A stretch of 64,000 nt of DNA from the NCBI GenBank assembly GCA_028286525.1, contig JAQBRL010000020.1, positions 7,444 to 71,443 on the forward strand, given 5' to 3'. Position 1 is the stretch's first letter; each line of letters starts with the position of its first letter. The translations under genes and the position numbers were made by a program. Shown one piece after another: positions 1 to 9,606 of this stretch. The notes under the pieces are model-generated. The model did not search any database and was not told where the DNA came from. It saw only the letters and a program-made list of their open reading frames with translations. This DNA comes from Parcubacteria group bacterium. Lineage in GTDB: Bacteria > Patescibacteriota > Minisyncoccia > Phycocordibacterales > Phycocordibacteraceae.

Positions 1-2835
1 GCCCAAGAAAAATGGGAGAAGCTCGACCTGTATGCGACCGATCTCACGGACGATTCGAAGGAGAAGTACTATCTCCTCTTCGAATTCCCGTATCCTTCCG
101 GCGACCTGCATATCGGGCACTGGTATGCCTTCGCGCTGACCGACATCTACGCACGCAAGCTGCGCATGGCCGGGAAGAATGTCCTGTTCCCGATGGGCTT
201 CGACGCCTTCGGCCTGCCCGCCGAGAACGCTGCTATCAAGAATGGCGTGGACCCTAAGAAATGGACGTACGAGAACATGGAGCGCATGCGCACCCAGATG
301 CGCACGATGGGAGCCTCTATGGATTGGAGCAAAGAGGTCGTCACCTGCGATCCCGGCTACTACAAATGGACGCAGTGGCTCTTCGCGAAGCTGTTCGAGC
401 ATGGTCTCGCCGAGCGCAAGAACGCAGCGGTAAAATGGTGCCCCTTCGACAAGACGGTGCTCGCCAACGAGCAGGTGATCGATGGCCATTGCGAACGCTG
501 CGGCCACGAAGTCGAGGAAAAGAATCTCACCCAGTGGTTCCTGAAGATCACCCAATACGCCGAACGCCTCCTGAAGGATCTGGAGCCTCTTCCGTGGCGC
601 GAAGATATCAAGGATGCGCAGCGCGCGTGGATAGGCGAAAGCGAGGGCGCGAAGCTGGTCTTCATGGCGCACACGGGAGAGGAGGATGCACCGGTGCCGC
701 TCGAAGTGTTCACCACCCGCCCGGACACCGTCTTCGGCGCGACCTACCTGGTGCTCGCGCCTGAGCATCCGATGGTCGATGTCTTGATACAGGACGCGCT
801 CAATCCCGAGGCGATACGGGCCTACCAGCGAGAGACCGGTAAAAAGACCGAACGCGAGCGCAGCGAGAACAAGGAGAAGACCGGCGTCGCGCTCGAAGGC
901 ATCACCGCGACGAATCCCGCTACCAAAGAAGAGGTGCCGGTCTACCTGGCTGACTACGTCCTCGCGTCGTACGGTACGGGTGCGGTCATGGCGGTGCCGG
1001 CGCATGACGAACGCGATTTCGAATTCGCGCAGCGTTATCAGCTCCCTATCAAGGACGTCATCGAGCCGGTGTTCGTGCGCACCATCGGCACGGACGCCGT
1101 GCGTCCGGAGGAACCCATGGTAGAGCGCCAGGCGGTGGTCGCTATCGTAAAGCACTGGGGGGAGGACAAGTACCTGTGCCTTCGCTGGAAATCGAACGAC
1201 TGGACCGGCTTCGTCATCGGCGGCATCGAGGAAGGCGAAGAGCCGAGCGTCACGGGCGCCCGCGAGATAACGGAAGAGACCGGCTATAAGAACCCGCGAT
1301 TCGTGCGTGATATGGGAGTGCCCACGCATTCGCAGTTCTATCACGAGGTGAAGCGCCAGAATCGCTTCGCGCATTTCACTCCCCTGTACTACGAGCTTGC
1401 GGACGGCGAGCGCGAGGAACCTTCGGCCGAGGAGCTCGCCATTCACGATATAGAGTGGGTAGCGAAAGAGGATATGGATGCGTATCTTTCACGCGATAAT
1501 GACATCGCCTATATATGGAAGCGTTTCGTCGCTCCTGCGTTCCCATACACGGGCGACGGTATCCTCGCCAACTCGGACAGCTTCGATGGACGCAGCAATC
1601 GCGAAGCGATGACCGAGCTGATCGCGTACGCGGGCGGCGAAGCCGTCAAGCAGTACCGTCTGCGGGATTGGCTCGTCTCGCGCCAGCGCTACTGGGGCTG
1701 CCCGATACCGATCGTCTACGATCCGGAAGGGAATGCGCACCTCGTGCCGAACGACCATCTGCCTTGGCTGCTTCCGGAAGATGTGGATTTCACGCCAGGC
1801 GCCGCGGGTGTCGGTACCTCGCCGCTTTCTACTTCCCGCGAGCTCAAGGAGCGCGTCGAGCGCATCTTCGGTGCGGGTTGGACCCCGGAATACGACACTC
1901 TCGATACCTTCGTCGATTCATCGTGGTACTACCTGCGCTACGTGGACCCCGCGGACGCGCATGATTTCTCGGACCAGGGCTTGCTGAAGAAATGGATGCC
2001 GGTGGATCGCTACTCGGGCGGAAGCGAGCATACGACCATGCATCTTCTCTATGCCCGGTTCTTCAATAAAGCGCTGTACGACCTTGCGCTCGTGCCGACC
2101 TCCGAACCATTCAATGAGCGCTACAACCGCGGCGTCATCCTCGGGCCGGATGGAGCGAAGATGAGCAAATCGAAAGGCAACGTCATCAATCCCGACGAAG
2201 TCGTATCGAAATTCGGTTCGGACGCCGTACGCATGTACCTCGCCTTCATCGGTCCTTATAACGAAACCGGCAGTTATCCCTGGAATCTCGACGGGGCCTT
2301 CGCGATGCGTAAATTCCTGGACAGGGTATACACGCTGTTCGAGGGAACGGCAACGGAGAAATCGAATCCGGAGGTACTCCGTGCGCTCGCGGTAGCTATC
2401 GATAAAGTCACTGCCGATACCGACCGCTTCAAATTCAATACCGCGCTTTCGGCGCTCATGGTGCTGGTTCGGGACCTGGAGAGCCATGCGCAGCTCGCCC
2501 CGGACGCGAAGCGAACGCTCCTCGCCCTGCTTGCGCCGTTCGCGCCTCATCTGGCGGAGCATTTGTGGGAGAAGATGGGCGAGGAAGGAAGCGTGCACCA
2601 AATGGTATGGCCGGAAGCGGACCCCGCACTCCTTTCGGCCAGTGAGATCGTGATAGGAGTACAGGTGAACGGAAAAAAACGCGGCGAAGTGCGCCTGTCG
2701 CTCACTGCTTCTGAAGATGAAGCGCTCATGGAGGCCCGGAAGGTTCCAGCGATCGCGCTGCTCCTCGGAGAGACCGCTCCCGCGCGCGTCGTCTATGTCC
2801 CGGGCCGTATCCTGAACATAGTCACCCAGGGGTGA
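1..2835 (+). CDS. leuS: Leucyl-tRNA synthetase, 5' partial. Carries an internal NUDIX-box insertion of about 155 aa (see findings).
   Basis: Frame-1 translation from nt 1 reads HIGH (LHIGHWY), AVPAHDERDFEFA, YRLRDWLVSRQRYWGCPIPI and KMSKSKGN; the ORF is open at the window start. Confidence 0.95.
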   Translation, partial: AQEKWEKLDLYATDLTDDSKEKYYLLFEFPYPSGDLHIGHWYAFALTDIYARKLRMAGKNVLFPMGFDAFGLPAENAAIKNGVDPKKWTYENMERMRTQMRTMGASMDWSKEVVTCDPGYYKWTQWLFAKLFEHGLAERKNAAVKWCPFDKTVLANEQVIDGHCERCGHEVEEKNLTQWFLKITQYAERLLKDLEPLPWREDIKDAQRAWIGESEGAKLVFMAHTGEEDAPVPLEVFTTRPDTVFGATYLVLAPEHPMVDVLIQDALNPEAIRAYQRETGKKTERERSENKEKTGVALEGITATNPATKEEVPVYLADYVLASYGTGAVMAVPAHDERDFEFAQRYQLPIKDVIEPVFVRTIGTDAVRPEEPMVERQAVVAIVKHWGEDKYLCLRWKSNDWTGFVIGGIEEGEEPSVTGAREITEETGYKNPRFVRDMGVPTHSQFYHEVKRQNRFAHFTPLYYELADGEREEPSAEELAIHDIEWVAKEDMDAYLSRDNDIAYIWKRFVAPAFPYTGDGILANSDSFDGRSNREAMTELIAYAGGEAVKQYRLRDWLVSRQRYWGCPIPIVYDPEGNAHLVPNDHLPWLLPEDVDFTPGAAGVGTSPLSTSRELKERVERIFGAGWTPEYDTLDTFVDSSWYYLRYVDPADAHDFSDQGLLKKWMPVDRYSGGSEHTTMHLLYARFFNKALYDLALVPTSEPFNERYNRGVILGPDGAKMSKSKGNVINPDEVVSKFGSDAVRMYLAFIGPYNETGSYPWNLDGAFAMRKFLDRVYTLFEGTATEKSNPEVLRALAVAIDKVTADTDRFKFNTALSALMVLVRDLESHAQLAPDAKRTLLALLAPFAPHLAEHLWEKMGEEGSVHQMVWPEADPALLSASEIVIGVQVNGKKRGEVRLSLTASEDEALMEARKVPAIALLLGETAPARVVYVPGRILNIVTQG
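1219..1287 (+). other. Canonical NUDIX box (GX5EX7REUXEEXGU) encoded inside leuS
   Basis: The peptide GGIEEGEEPSVTGAREITEETGY fits G-x5-E-x7-R-E-I-x-E-E-x-G-Y exactly. Confidence 0.75.
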
Positions 2836-2836
2836 T

Positions 2837-2865
2837 TTGACGGATATTGATGGATTTGATATAAC
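2837..2865 (+). promoter_or_regulatory. Sigma70-like promoter: TTGACG, 17-nt spacer, TATAAC
   Basis: The hexamers and spacing were read directly from sequence, about 20 nt upstream of the ATG at 2885. Confidence 0.4.
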
Positions 2866-2884
2866 TATAACACACTATTAAACA

Positions 2885-3961
2885 ATGATTATGGCGAAAA
2901 AAGCAGTATCCAAAGGCTCTACGAAGAAGGCGGTGGTCACGAAACTGTCTTTCGACGGGGCGACCCTCGTGAAGAAGCTCCTGGCCGAGGTACCGGACCG
3001 TGCCCGCGAGGTCCTGGTGTACCGGTTCGGTCTGGGCACGTCTTCCGAACGGGAGACCCTCGAGGCTATCGGCGAACGCTGGGGCATCACCCGCGAACGC
3101 GTGCGCCAGATCGAGGCGTCCGGCATCGAAGCCATTCGCCATTCGAATGCATTCCGCGCCTCCGAAGGCGCCTTCGATGAGCTGCGCAATTATATCGAAG
3201 CCCAGGGCGCAGTCGTCCCTGAAGACGTGCTTCTCTCCGGACTCGCCACCGATGAGAAGAGCCGTAATCGCATCCGCTTCCTCCTAGTCGTCGGCAGCTC
3301 CTTCTTCCGCGAACGCGAGACCGACGAGTTCTATGCCCGCTGGCACGTCGACCATCGCACCGCCGAAATGGTGCACGCCGCGCTCACGCGCCTGTACGCT
3401 ACGCTCGACGACGCCGAAGTCCTCTCCGAAGGGGAGATCGTGAACCGCTTCCTTGAGGAATTAAAGGATGTCAACGCCGCGTATCGCAACGAAGAGATAC
3501 TCAAGCGCTGGCTCTCACTCTCGAAGAACATTGCGAGCAATCCGCTGGCCGAGTGGGGCAAGGCGCATGCACCCGCCATCCGCACCAAGGGCATACGCGA
3601 CTACGCCTATCTCGTCATCAAGCAGAAGGGCGAACCGATGCACTTCTCGGAGGTCGCGAAAGCCATTACGAGCGTATTCTCGAAGAAAGCGCATGTAGCT
3701 ACGACGCACAACGAGCTCATCAAGGATTCCCGTTTCGTGCTCGTGGGCCGCGGCCTCTACGCGCTCGCCGAGTGGGGCTACCAGCCGGGCGTCGTCCGCG
3801 AAGTCATTCGCGATGTGCTCAAGAAGAAGCCGCTTACGCGCGATGAAGTCATCGACTCGGTCAAGAAGGTCCGCTACGTGAAAGACAACACCATCCTGGT
3901 GAACCTGAACGACACGCGCTATTTCAAGAAGACTAAGGACGGCAAGTACTCGCTCGTCTAG
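2885..3961 (+). CDS. Sigma-70 region-4-like HTH plus C-terminal HARE-HTH domain protein
   Basis: The N-terminal RERVRQIEASGIEAIRH resembles sigma70 region 4.2. The C-terminal FSEVAKAI...VLVGRGLYALAEWGY is HARE-HTH-like. Confidence 0.55.
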   Translation: MIMAKKAVSKGSTKKAVVTKLSFDGATLVKKLLAEVPDRAREVLVYRFGLGTSSERETLEAIGERWGITRERVRQIEASGIEAIRHSNAFRASEGAFDELRNYIEAQGAVVPEDVLLSGLATDEKSRNRIRFLLVVGSSFFRERETDEFYARWHVDHRTAEMVHAALTRLYATLDDAEVLSEGEIVNRFLEELKDVNAAYRNEEILKRWLSLSKNIASNPLAEWGKAHAPAIRTKGIRDYAYLVIKQKGEPMHFSEVAKAITSVFSKKAHVATTHNELIKDSRFVLVGRGLYALAEWGYQPGVVREVIRDVLKKKPLTRDEVIDSVKKVRYVKDNTILVNLNDTRYFKKTKDGKYSLV

Positions 3962-3995
3962 AATTCGATCGAGTCGAGAGAAAAGATATATACAA

Positions 3996-4024
3996 AAGAG
4001 CCGCGTATTCCGCGGCTCTTTTGG
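3996..4024 (+). terminator. Rho-independent terminator
   Basis: A 10-bp perfect stem (aagagccgcg/cgcggctctt) is followed by a T-run. Confidence 0.6.
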
Positions 4025-4036
4025 TATACTTCCTGC

Positions 4037-5395
4037 ATGTCTTCCGGTGGCTTCGACCTCCTTCACGCAGCGCACGATAAGGGCATCTTCATATCGGCGC
4101 AGCCGTTCATAATCTGCTTCTTGGCCGCGAACTTCGCATTCCTCACCATCGCGCCGCTGCAGACCCTGCACAATTTCGAGTTCCTCGCGCTCACGTCGCC
4201 CGTCTGGCTTCCTATCCTTCTCGGTCGTTTCGCTATCTTGCGGTGGATAAGCGCCAATCGCATGGCATTCCTCTCGAATCAGGAGTACGTCCTGCTTGAG
4301 ATACGAGTCCCGCGCGATGTGCGCAAGACCCCGCTCGCGATGGAAGCGGTATTCTCTTCCATCCACCTCTCTCCCGGAGAATCCACCTGGTGGAAGCGCG
4401 TCGTGATAGGCGCGGTACGTCCTTCCTGGTCGTTCGAGATAGTTTCGCTCGGCGGGCGCGTGCATCTCTATGTGCGCACCCGCGTTGGCTTCAGGCGAGG
4501 CCTCGAGAGCTACATATACGCGCAGTACCCCGAAGTGGAAATAGTAGAGGCGACCGACTACAGCCTCCTCATCGACCCGTCGCATGCTCCGTACGATCTC
4601 TGGGGCACGGAATATAAATTCACGGGCAAGGACGTCTATCCTATCCGCACGTACGCGGAATTCATGAAGCCGGATTCGGCGCTTCCGAAACCCGAAGAGC
4701 AGATAGACCCGCTCGCGCAGATAATCGAATTCCTCGGCTCCCTCTCCCCGAAGGAGCAATTCTGGATACAGATCATGATCCGGGTGAACAAGAACGAGAA
4801 GTATCATGGGAGAAAGACCGCTAGCGGCGATCCGTACACCATCAAGGACGAGCGGAACGACGAGGTGGAGGTCATTCGTACCAGCACCGTCCGCAAGCAG
4901 ACCCATGTGGATCCGGCGACCGGTAAGACCTATGAGACCGAAAGCTTCCCTAATCCGACGAAAGGGCAGCAGAACGCCATGGAAGTCCTCGATCGCAAGC
5001 TTTCGAAGCCGCTATTCGATGTCGGCATTAGATCCCTCTATACGGCTCCGAAAGAGGCATACCAATCGAGCGTCATCAGCCACCTCATCGGCTTGTGGAA
5101 GCCTATCGCGTCGGAGCAGGGAAACTCGCTCGCCATCGCGCGCTGGCACGCCAATTTCGATGATTGGCCATGGGAAGATCGCAAGGGTATCCATCACGCG
5201 CACGTGGCGCACGGTCTCGTGGATTCGTACCGCAGGCGCGCCTATTTCAACGAACCCTATGTCATGCCCTGGCTTATCATGAATACCGAGGAGCTCGCGA
5301 CCATATTCCATATTCCGACCTCGGGGGTCACCACGCCGAGCCTGCCGCGTATACAGTCGTCTACTAGTGAGGCGCCTTCGAATCTTCCTACATAA
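4037..5395 (+). CDS. Hypothetical membrane-anchored protein
   Basis: A long non-Arg-biased ORF with N-terminal hydrophobic helices follows the terminator. No family was recognised. Confidence 0.5.
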   Translation: MSSGGFDLLHAAHDKGIFISAQPFIICFLAANFAFLTIAPLQTLHNFEFLALTSPVWLPILLGRFAILRWISANRMAFLSNQEYVLLEIRVPRDVRKTPLAMEAVFSSIHLSPGESTWWKRVVIGAVRPSWSFEIVSLGGRVHLYVRTRVGFRRGLESYIYAQYPEVEIVEATDYSLLIDPSHAPYDLWGTEYKFTGKDVYPIRTYAEFMKPDSALPKPEEQIDPLAQIIEFLGSLSPKEQFWIQIMIRVNKNEKYHGRKTASGDPYTIKDERNDEVEVIRTSTVRKQTHVDPATGKTYETESFPNPTKGQQNAMEVLDRKLSKPLFDVGIRSLYTAPKEAYQSSVISHLIGLWKPIASEQGNSLAIARWHANFDDWPWEDRKGIHHAHVAHGLVDSYRRRAYFNEPYVMPWLIMNTEELATIFHIPTSGVTTPSLPRIQSSTSEAPSNLPT

Positions 5396-5510
5396 GCATG
5401 CCTATCGCGTCCATCTGCTTCGTTACGGGGCCCGTCCCGCTCATCCGCCGTACTATGAGTACGTCTACTTCCCGTGTCAGCCCGTGCCTCGCATCTGAAA
5501 CCCGCTAGAC

Positions 5511-6521
5511 ATGCTTATGCCAATTACCCAGTGGTTAAAAATAATCTTTTTGGTGCTCAGCATGCATCTTGCGCGTCTCAAATACTGGTACGCGGCGTTT
5601 TTCCTCATCCTCGTTCTCGCGCTGAGCATCTTCTCGTACGTTTTCCTCCTCCCTCCTGCCGGTTTCCATCCGAATACCACGCTCGCGGTCGCGCCGGGCA
5701 CAAGCGTTCGGCATGAGGCTGCGCTCCTGAAGGAGGCGCATGTGATACGCTCCACATTCGTATTCCGTGCGCTCTATCGCCTGATGCCCAGTACGCATGG
5801 CGTGCAAAGCGGTGTCTATGATTTCACGTATCCCATCGGCGAGCTTCGGCTCGCATGGGACTTAGCGCACGGCATTTCCGAAGTGCCCGAGGCTCGAATA
5901 ACATTTCCGGAAGGTACGACGGTCCGGCACATGGGCATGCAGCTCGCCAACACGCTCCCCGGAGTGAACGAACGGGAATTCCGGCAGCTTGCGCTTCCGG
6001 AGGAAGGCTACCTGTTCCCGGACACCTACTTCTTCCGGTCGGACGCTACGACGACAGAAGTGATCGCCATACTCAGATCCAATTTCGAGGACCACTTCGC
6101 AGGGCATGCGGAGCAGTTCGCCGCATTCGGGAAGCCGGAGCGGGAGGTCATCATCATGGCCTCCATTCTTGAAGGCGAAGGCAAGACACTTGAGGACAAG
6201 CGCATCATTGCGGGCATCCTCTGGCATCGCATCGCGCTCGGCATGCCGCTGCAGGTAGATGCGCCGTTCGGGTACGTGCATGGCGCAGCAGGCTATACGC
6301 CTACCGCAGCGGATCTGGCGAGCGATTCCCCGTACAATACCTACCGCACCAAAGGATTGCCGCCCACGCCCATAAACAATCCGGGCGACGTGTCGATACA
6401 GGCAGCCATCACGCCTACGAAGTCCGCGTACCTGTACTATCTGACCGGTACGGACGGGACGATGCATTACGCCAAGACATTCAGCGAGCACATCGCGAAT
6501 CAAAAGAAGTATTTAAAATGA
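5511..6521 (+). CDS. mltG: Endolytic murein transglycosylase MltG/YceG
   Basis: The N-terminal TM segment and the YLYYLTG / GLPPTPI motifs are typical of YceG. Confidence 0.85.
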   Translation: MLMPITQWLKIIFLVLSMHLARLKYWYAAFFLILVLALSIFSYVFLLPPAGFHPNTTLAVAPGTSVRHEAALLKEAHVIRSTFVFRALYRLMPSTHGVQSGVYDFTYPIGELRLAWDLAHGISEVPEARITFPEGTTVRHMGMQLANTLPGVNEREFRQLALPEEGYLFPDTYFFRSDATTTEVIAILRSNFEDHFAGHAEQFAAFGKPEREVIIMASILEGEGKTLEDKRIIAGILWHRIALGMPLQVDAPFGYVHGAAGYTPTAADLASDSPYNTYRTKGLPPTPINNPGDVSIQAAITPTKSAYLYYLTGTDGTMHYAKTFSEHIANQKKYLK

Positions 6522-6942
6522 AAAGTCGCGAGCATGCCGTAGTGGCAGCGGCTCGCGACTCCTCGGCTCTTACCTGGAACATGGCGTCGTTTCCTCGTCT
6601 CGCCGCTCGGTCGACGACCGTTTCTCGATCCTTCCGTCGCGTACGGCCTCTTGGAATTCGCTCTGCGGCAGGCCGCAGCCTCGTTGCTGATCCACGATGA
6701 CCCACGCATGGCCTTGGATGACTCGCGCGCGCCCTATCAGTAAGGCTTTGTTTTCTAAGGGCGCTTCAGGACGGTGGCCATGAGGATGGCGCAGCCGTAT
6801 CACGCGATGGGGTGCTACCGCGAATTCCATCGTTCCAGGTTGTCTATCTTTGGGCAAAGAACTCACCTCCTTTCGATGCAAGCGTAAGGTAACCGCATTA
6901 TTGTTACTTCAGGAAGTTTGTCAAGAATGCTATATAGAATGC

Positions 6943-7974
6943 ATGAAGTATCTCGCTGGAAAAAAGATATTCGTCGGTCTTTCCGGCGGCGTTGATTCCG
7001 CGGTCACCGCCGCGCTCCTGCAGCAAGCGGGCGCTGACGTATACGGCGTATTCATCAAGGGTTGGTATCCCCCGGAGCTCCTGTGCACCTGGGCAAGCGA
7101 CCGTCGTGACGCGATGCGCGTGGCTGCCCATCTAGGCATTCCATTCCATACGCTCGACGCGTCGAAGGAGTACAAGCGATCGGTCATTGACTATCTCGTC
7201 CGTGAGTATGGCGCGGGACGCACTCCCAATCCGGACATTATGTGCAATCGCGACGTAAAATTCGGCGTGTTCTACGAATTCGCCAAAGCCTACGGAGCGG
7301 ACCATATCGCGACCGGGCACTACGCCCGTCAGGAAGGGGGGAGACTTCTCCAAGGACTCGACCCCGAGAAGGACCAGAGCTACTTCTTGTGGGCGATCTC
7401 GCCTCTCGCGCTCTCCATGACCCTCTTTCCGCTCGGCGCGCTCCATAAGAGCGAAGTGCGTACGCTCGCGAAGAGTTTCGATCTTCCGAATGCGGACAAA
7501 AGGGATAGTCAGGGCATCTGCTTCCTGGGGCCGGTTTCCATGGATGATTTTCTCCGCGCCGAGCTCCCGAACCAGCCCGGAAAAGCTATCGATGAGAGCG
7601 GTATCGAAGTGGGCCAGCATGACGGCGTCCTGCTCTCGACGCTCGGTGAGCGCATCGCGCTTAGGAGCGCCGTTCCAGGACCATGGTATGTACTCGAAAA
7701 GGACATTCCGAATAACGTTCTCGTCGTCGCGAAGGAGCGCAGAGCGGAAGCGAGCACGTCCGCACTACACCTTGCAGATGCGAACTGGTTCACCAAACCC
7801 AGCGAGAGCGAAGAAGTGCACGGGCAGTATCGGTATCATGGGCCGTTTGTCGCGGGCGTGCTGCGCGCAGACGTGTTCGTCCCGAACGAACCTGCGACCG
7901 AACCCATCGCGAGCGGCCAATCGCTGGTGCTGTACCAGGGCGACGAAGTACTCGGTGGTGGTATTATCGGGTAA
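6943..7974 (+). CDS. mnmA: tRNA 2-thiouridylase MnmA
   Basis: A PP-loop SGGVDSAV motif is present and the layout matches MnmA. The start was chosen at MKYLAGKK. Confidence 0.9.
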   Translation: MKYLAGKKIFVGLSGGVDSAVTAALLQQAGADVYGVFIKGWYPPELLCTWASDRRDAMRVAAHLGIPFHTLDASKEYKRSVIDYLVREYGAGRTPNPDIMCNRDVKFGVFYEFAKAYGADHIATGHYARQEGGRLLQGLDPEKDQSYFLWAISPLALSMTLFPLGALHKSEVRTLAKSFDLPNADKRDSQGICFLGPVSMDDFLRAELPNQPGKAIDESGIEVGQHDGVLLSTLGERIALRSAVPGPWYVLEKDIPNNVLVVAKERRAEASTSALHLADANWFTKPSESEEVHGQYRYHGPFVAGVLRADVFVPNEPATEPIASGQSLVLYQGDEVLGGGIIG

Positions 7975-8810
7975 TGCCAGTAGAGATAGTTAAAACCGAC
8001 GGAACCACCGAAGCGTTCGATGGCATGAAGCTCGAGTGGTCGCTCCGTCGCGCAGGCGCAACGACGCATACCGCCGAGCGCATCCGGCACACCATCGAAG
8101 CTTCCATTTCGGCCGGTGCGCCCACGCAAGAGATATACAAGCGCGCGTTCCAGATGCTTCGCCATGACGCGCGGCCTGCCGCCGCGCGCTACAGCCTGCG
8201 GCGGGCCTTATTCGAGTTCGGCCCTTCGGGCCATCCGTTCGAGAATTACGTTTCCGAACTTTTCAAGAAAGAAGGATGGTCCGTGGAATATCGCCGCGTC
8301 ATTCCCGGTAAATGCGTATCGCACGAAGTCGACGTGTACGCGACCCGCAATGGGGAATACCTTGCGGCGGAACTCAAATATCATAATGACCCCGGGTACA
8401 AGACCGACGTGAAGACAGCCCTGTACGTGAAAGCTCGCTTCGACGATATCTGGCAATGCGATCCCAAACATGATGAGCACTGTCCGGTCGATCACGGATT
8501 CCTGATAACCAATACGAAATTCACGCGCGATGCGGTGCAGTTCGCCACCTGCTCCGGTATCCAGCTCCTGGGGTGGAGCTACCCCGCAGAGGGAAGCCTC
8601 TATGACCGCATAGTCGCGACCGGTCTCTATCCGGTGACGGCGCTCACCATGCTCAAGAAGACCGAAAAGAGATTGCTTATCGACCAAGGCATCGTTACCT
8701 GCGACCAGGTACGCGAGAACCGCGACGTGCTCCGCGCGCTCAATATCGCTCCGGAACGCATCGGTACTATACTCGCCGAGGCCAACACCCTTTGTAACTC
8801 CTACGCATAA
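7974..8810 (+). CDS. ATP-cone domain fused to an Mrr/PD-(D/E)xK restriction-endonuclease-like domain
   Basis: The N-terminus is ATP-cone-like (VEIVKTDGTTEAFDGMKL...). The middle region has the HEVDVY...ELKYH catalytic signature. Confidence 0.65.
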   Translation: MPVEIVKTDGTTEAFDGMKLEWSLRRAGATTHTAERIRHTIEASISAGAPTQEIYKRAFQMLRHDARPAAARYSLRRALFEFGPSGHPFENYVSELFKKEGWSVEYRRVIPGKCVSHEVDVYATRNGEYLAAELKYHNDPGYKTDVKTALYVKARFDDIWQCDPKHDEHCPVDHGFLITNTKFTRDAVQFATCSGIQLLGWSYPAEGSLYDRIVATGLYPVTALTMLKKTEKRLLIDQGIVTCDQVRENRDVLRALNIAPERIGTILAEANTLCNSYA

Positions 8811-8815
8811 ACGAT

Positions 8816-9601
8816 ATGGCCGACTTCAAGAAGCAGTACAATCCGAATCGGAACGCCGACTGGAACTATGGCGGCCCGAAATGGCGTCTTTCGCGCTCCA
8901 AGATCGAGCTATTCAACGAGTGCCCGCGCTGCTTCTACCTCGATAACAAGCTAGGGACCGCGCGTCCGCGCGGCCCCGCCTTCACTCTCAATATCGCGGT
9001 CGATACGCTCTTCAAGAAGGAATTCGACGCCCACCGGAATGCTGCGACCGCGCATCCGTTGATGACCAAGTACGGTATCGATGCCGTACCATTCGCGCAC
9101 GCGAAGATGGATACGTGGCGAGAGAATTTCGAAGGGGTCGATTACTTCCATGAGCCGACCGGCTTCACCATTTCAGGCGCCGTAGACGATATCTGGGTGA
9201 ATCCTAAAGGCGAGCTCATCGTAGTCGACTACAAGGCGACCTCGAAGGACGGCACCATCACCACGCTCGAGGATTCTTCCTGGAACGAGCAGTACAAGCG
9301 CCAGATGGGGGTGTATCAGTGGCTCCTGCGCAACAATGGATTCGCGGTCTCTTCCACCGGCTACTTCGTATATGCGAACGCACGCTCCGATAAAAAGGCA
9401 TTCGATGGAACGCTCGAATTCGAAGTCACCGTAGTGCCGAGCGAAGGCGACACGAACTGGATAGATGACGTTCTACCCAAGATAAAGGAGACGCTCGATA
9501 GCCAATCCATTCCTCCTTCTGGAAAGGCGTGCGAATACTGCCCGTACCGCGAGGCAGCAGGGAAGAAGCTGCAGGCGATCCACAAAGCAGCGAAGCGGTA
9601 G
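8816..9601 (+). CDS. Cas4/RecB-like PD-(D/E)xK nuclease with four Cys (putative Fe-S cluster)
   Basis: Motifs read as VDDIW, VVDYK and QYKRQMGVYQWLL (QxxxY). Cys pairs are CPRCF at the N-terminus and CEYCPY at the C-terminus. Confidence 0.6.
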   Translation: MADFKKQYNPNRNADWNYGGPKWRLSRSKIELFNECPRCFYLDNKLGTARPRGPAFTLNIAVDTLFKKEFDAHRNAATAHPLMTKYGIDAVPFAHAKMDTWRENFEGVDYFHEPTGFTISGAVDDIWVNPKGELIVVDYKATSKDGTITTLEDSSWNEQYKRQMGVYQWLLRNNGFAVSSTGYFVYANARSDKKAFDGTLEFEVTVVPSEGDTNWIDDVLPKIKETLDSQSIPPSGKACEYCPYREAAGKKLQAIHKAAKR

Positions 9602-9606
9602 GGAAT

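Noticed and set aside
3515-4906. 463-aa minus-strand ORF
   Set aside because: It is Arg/Glu-rich and lies antisense to two plus-strand genes (2885..3961 and 4037..5395) that have a terminator between them. This is a typical high-GC antisense artefact.
6518-6700. 60-aa ORF overlapping the mltG stop (ATGA)
   Set aside because: Its composition (R/S/A-rich) matches a GC artefact and it has no RBS. It is kept only as part of the possible ncRNA/leader region noted in findings.
6522-6942. RNase P RNA
   Set aside because: There is only one weak P4-like match (GAAAAGTCGCGAGC). The second P4 strand and the P10-12 motifs were not found, so it is not called.
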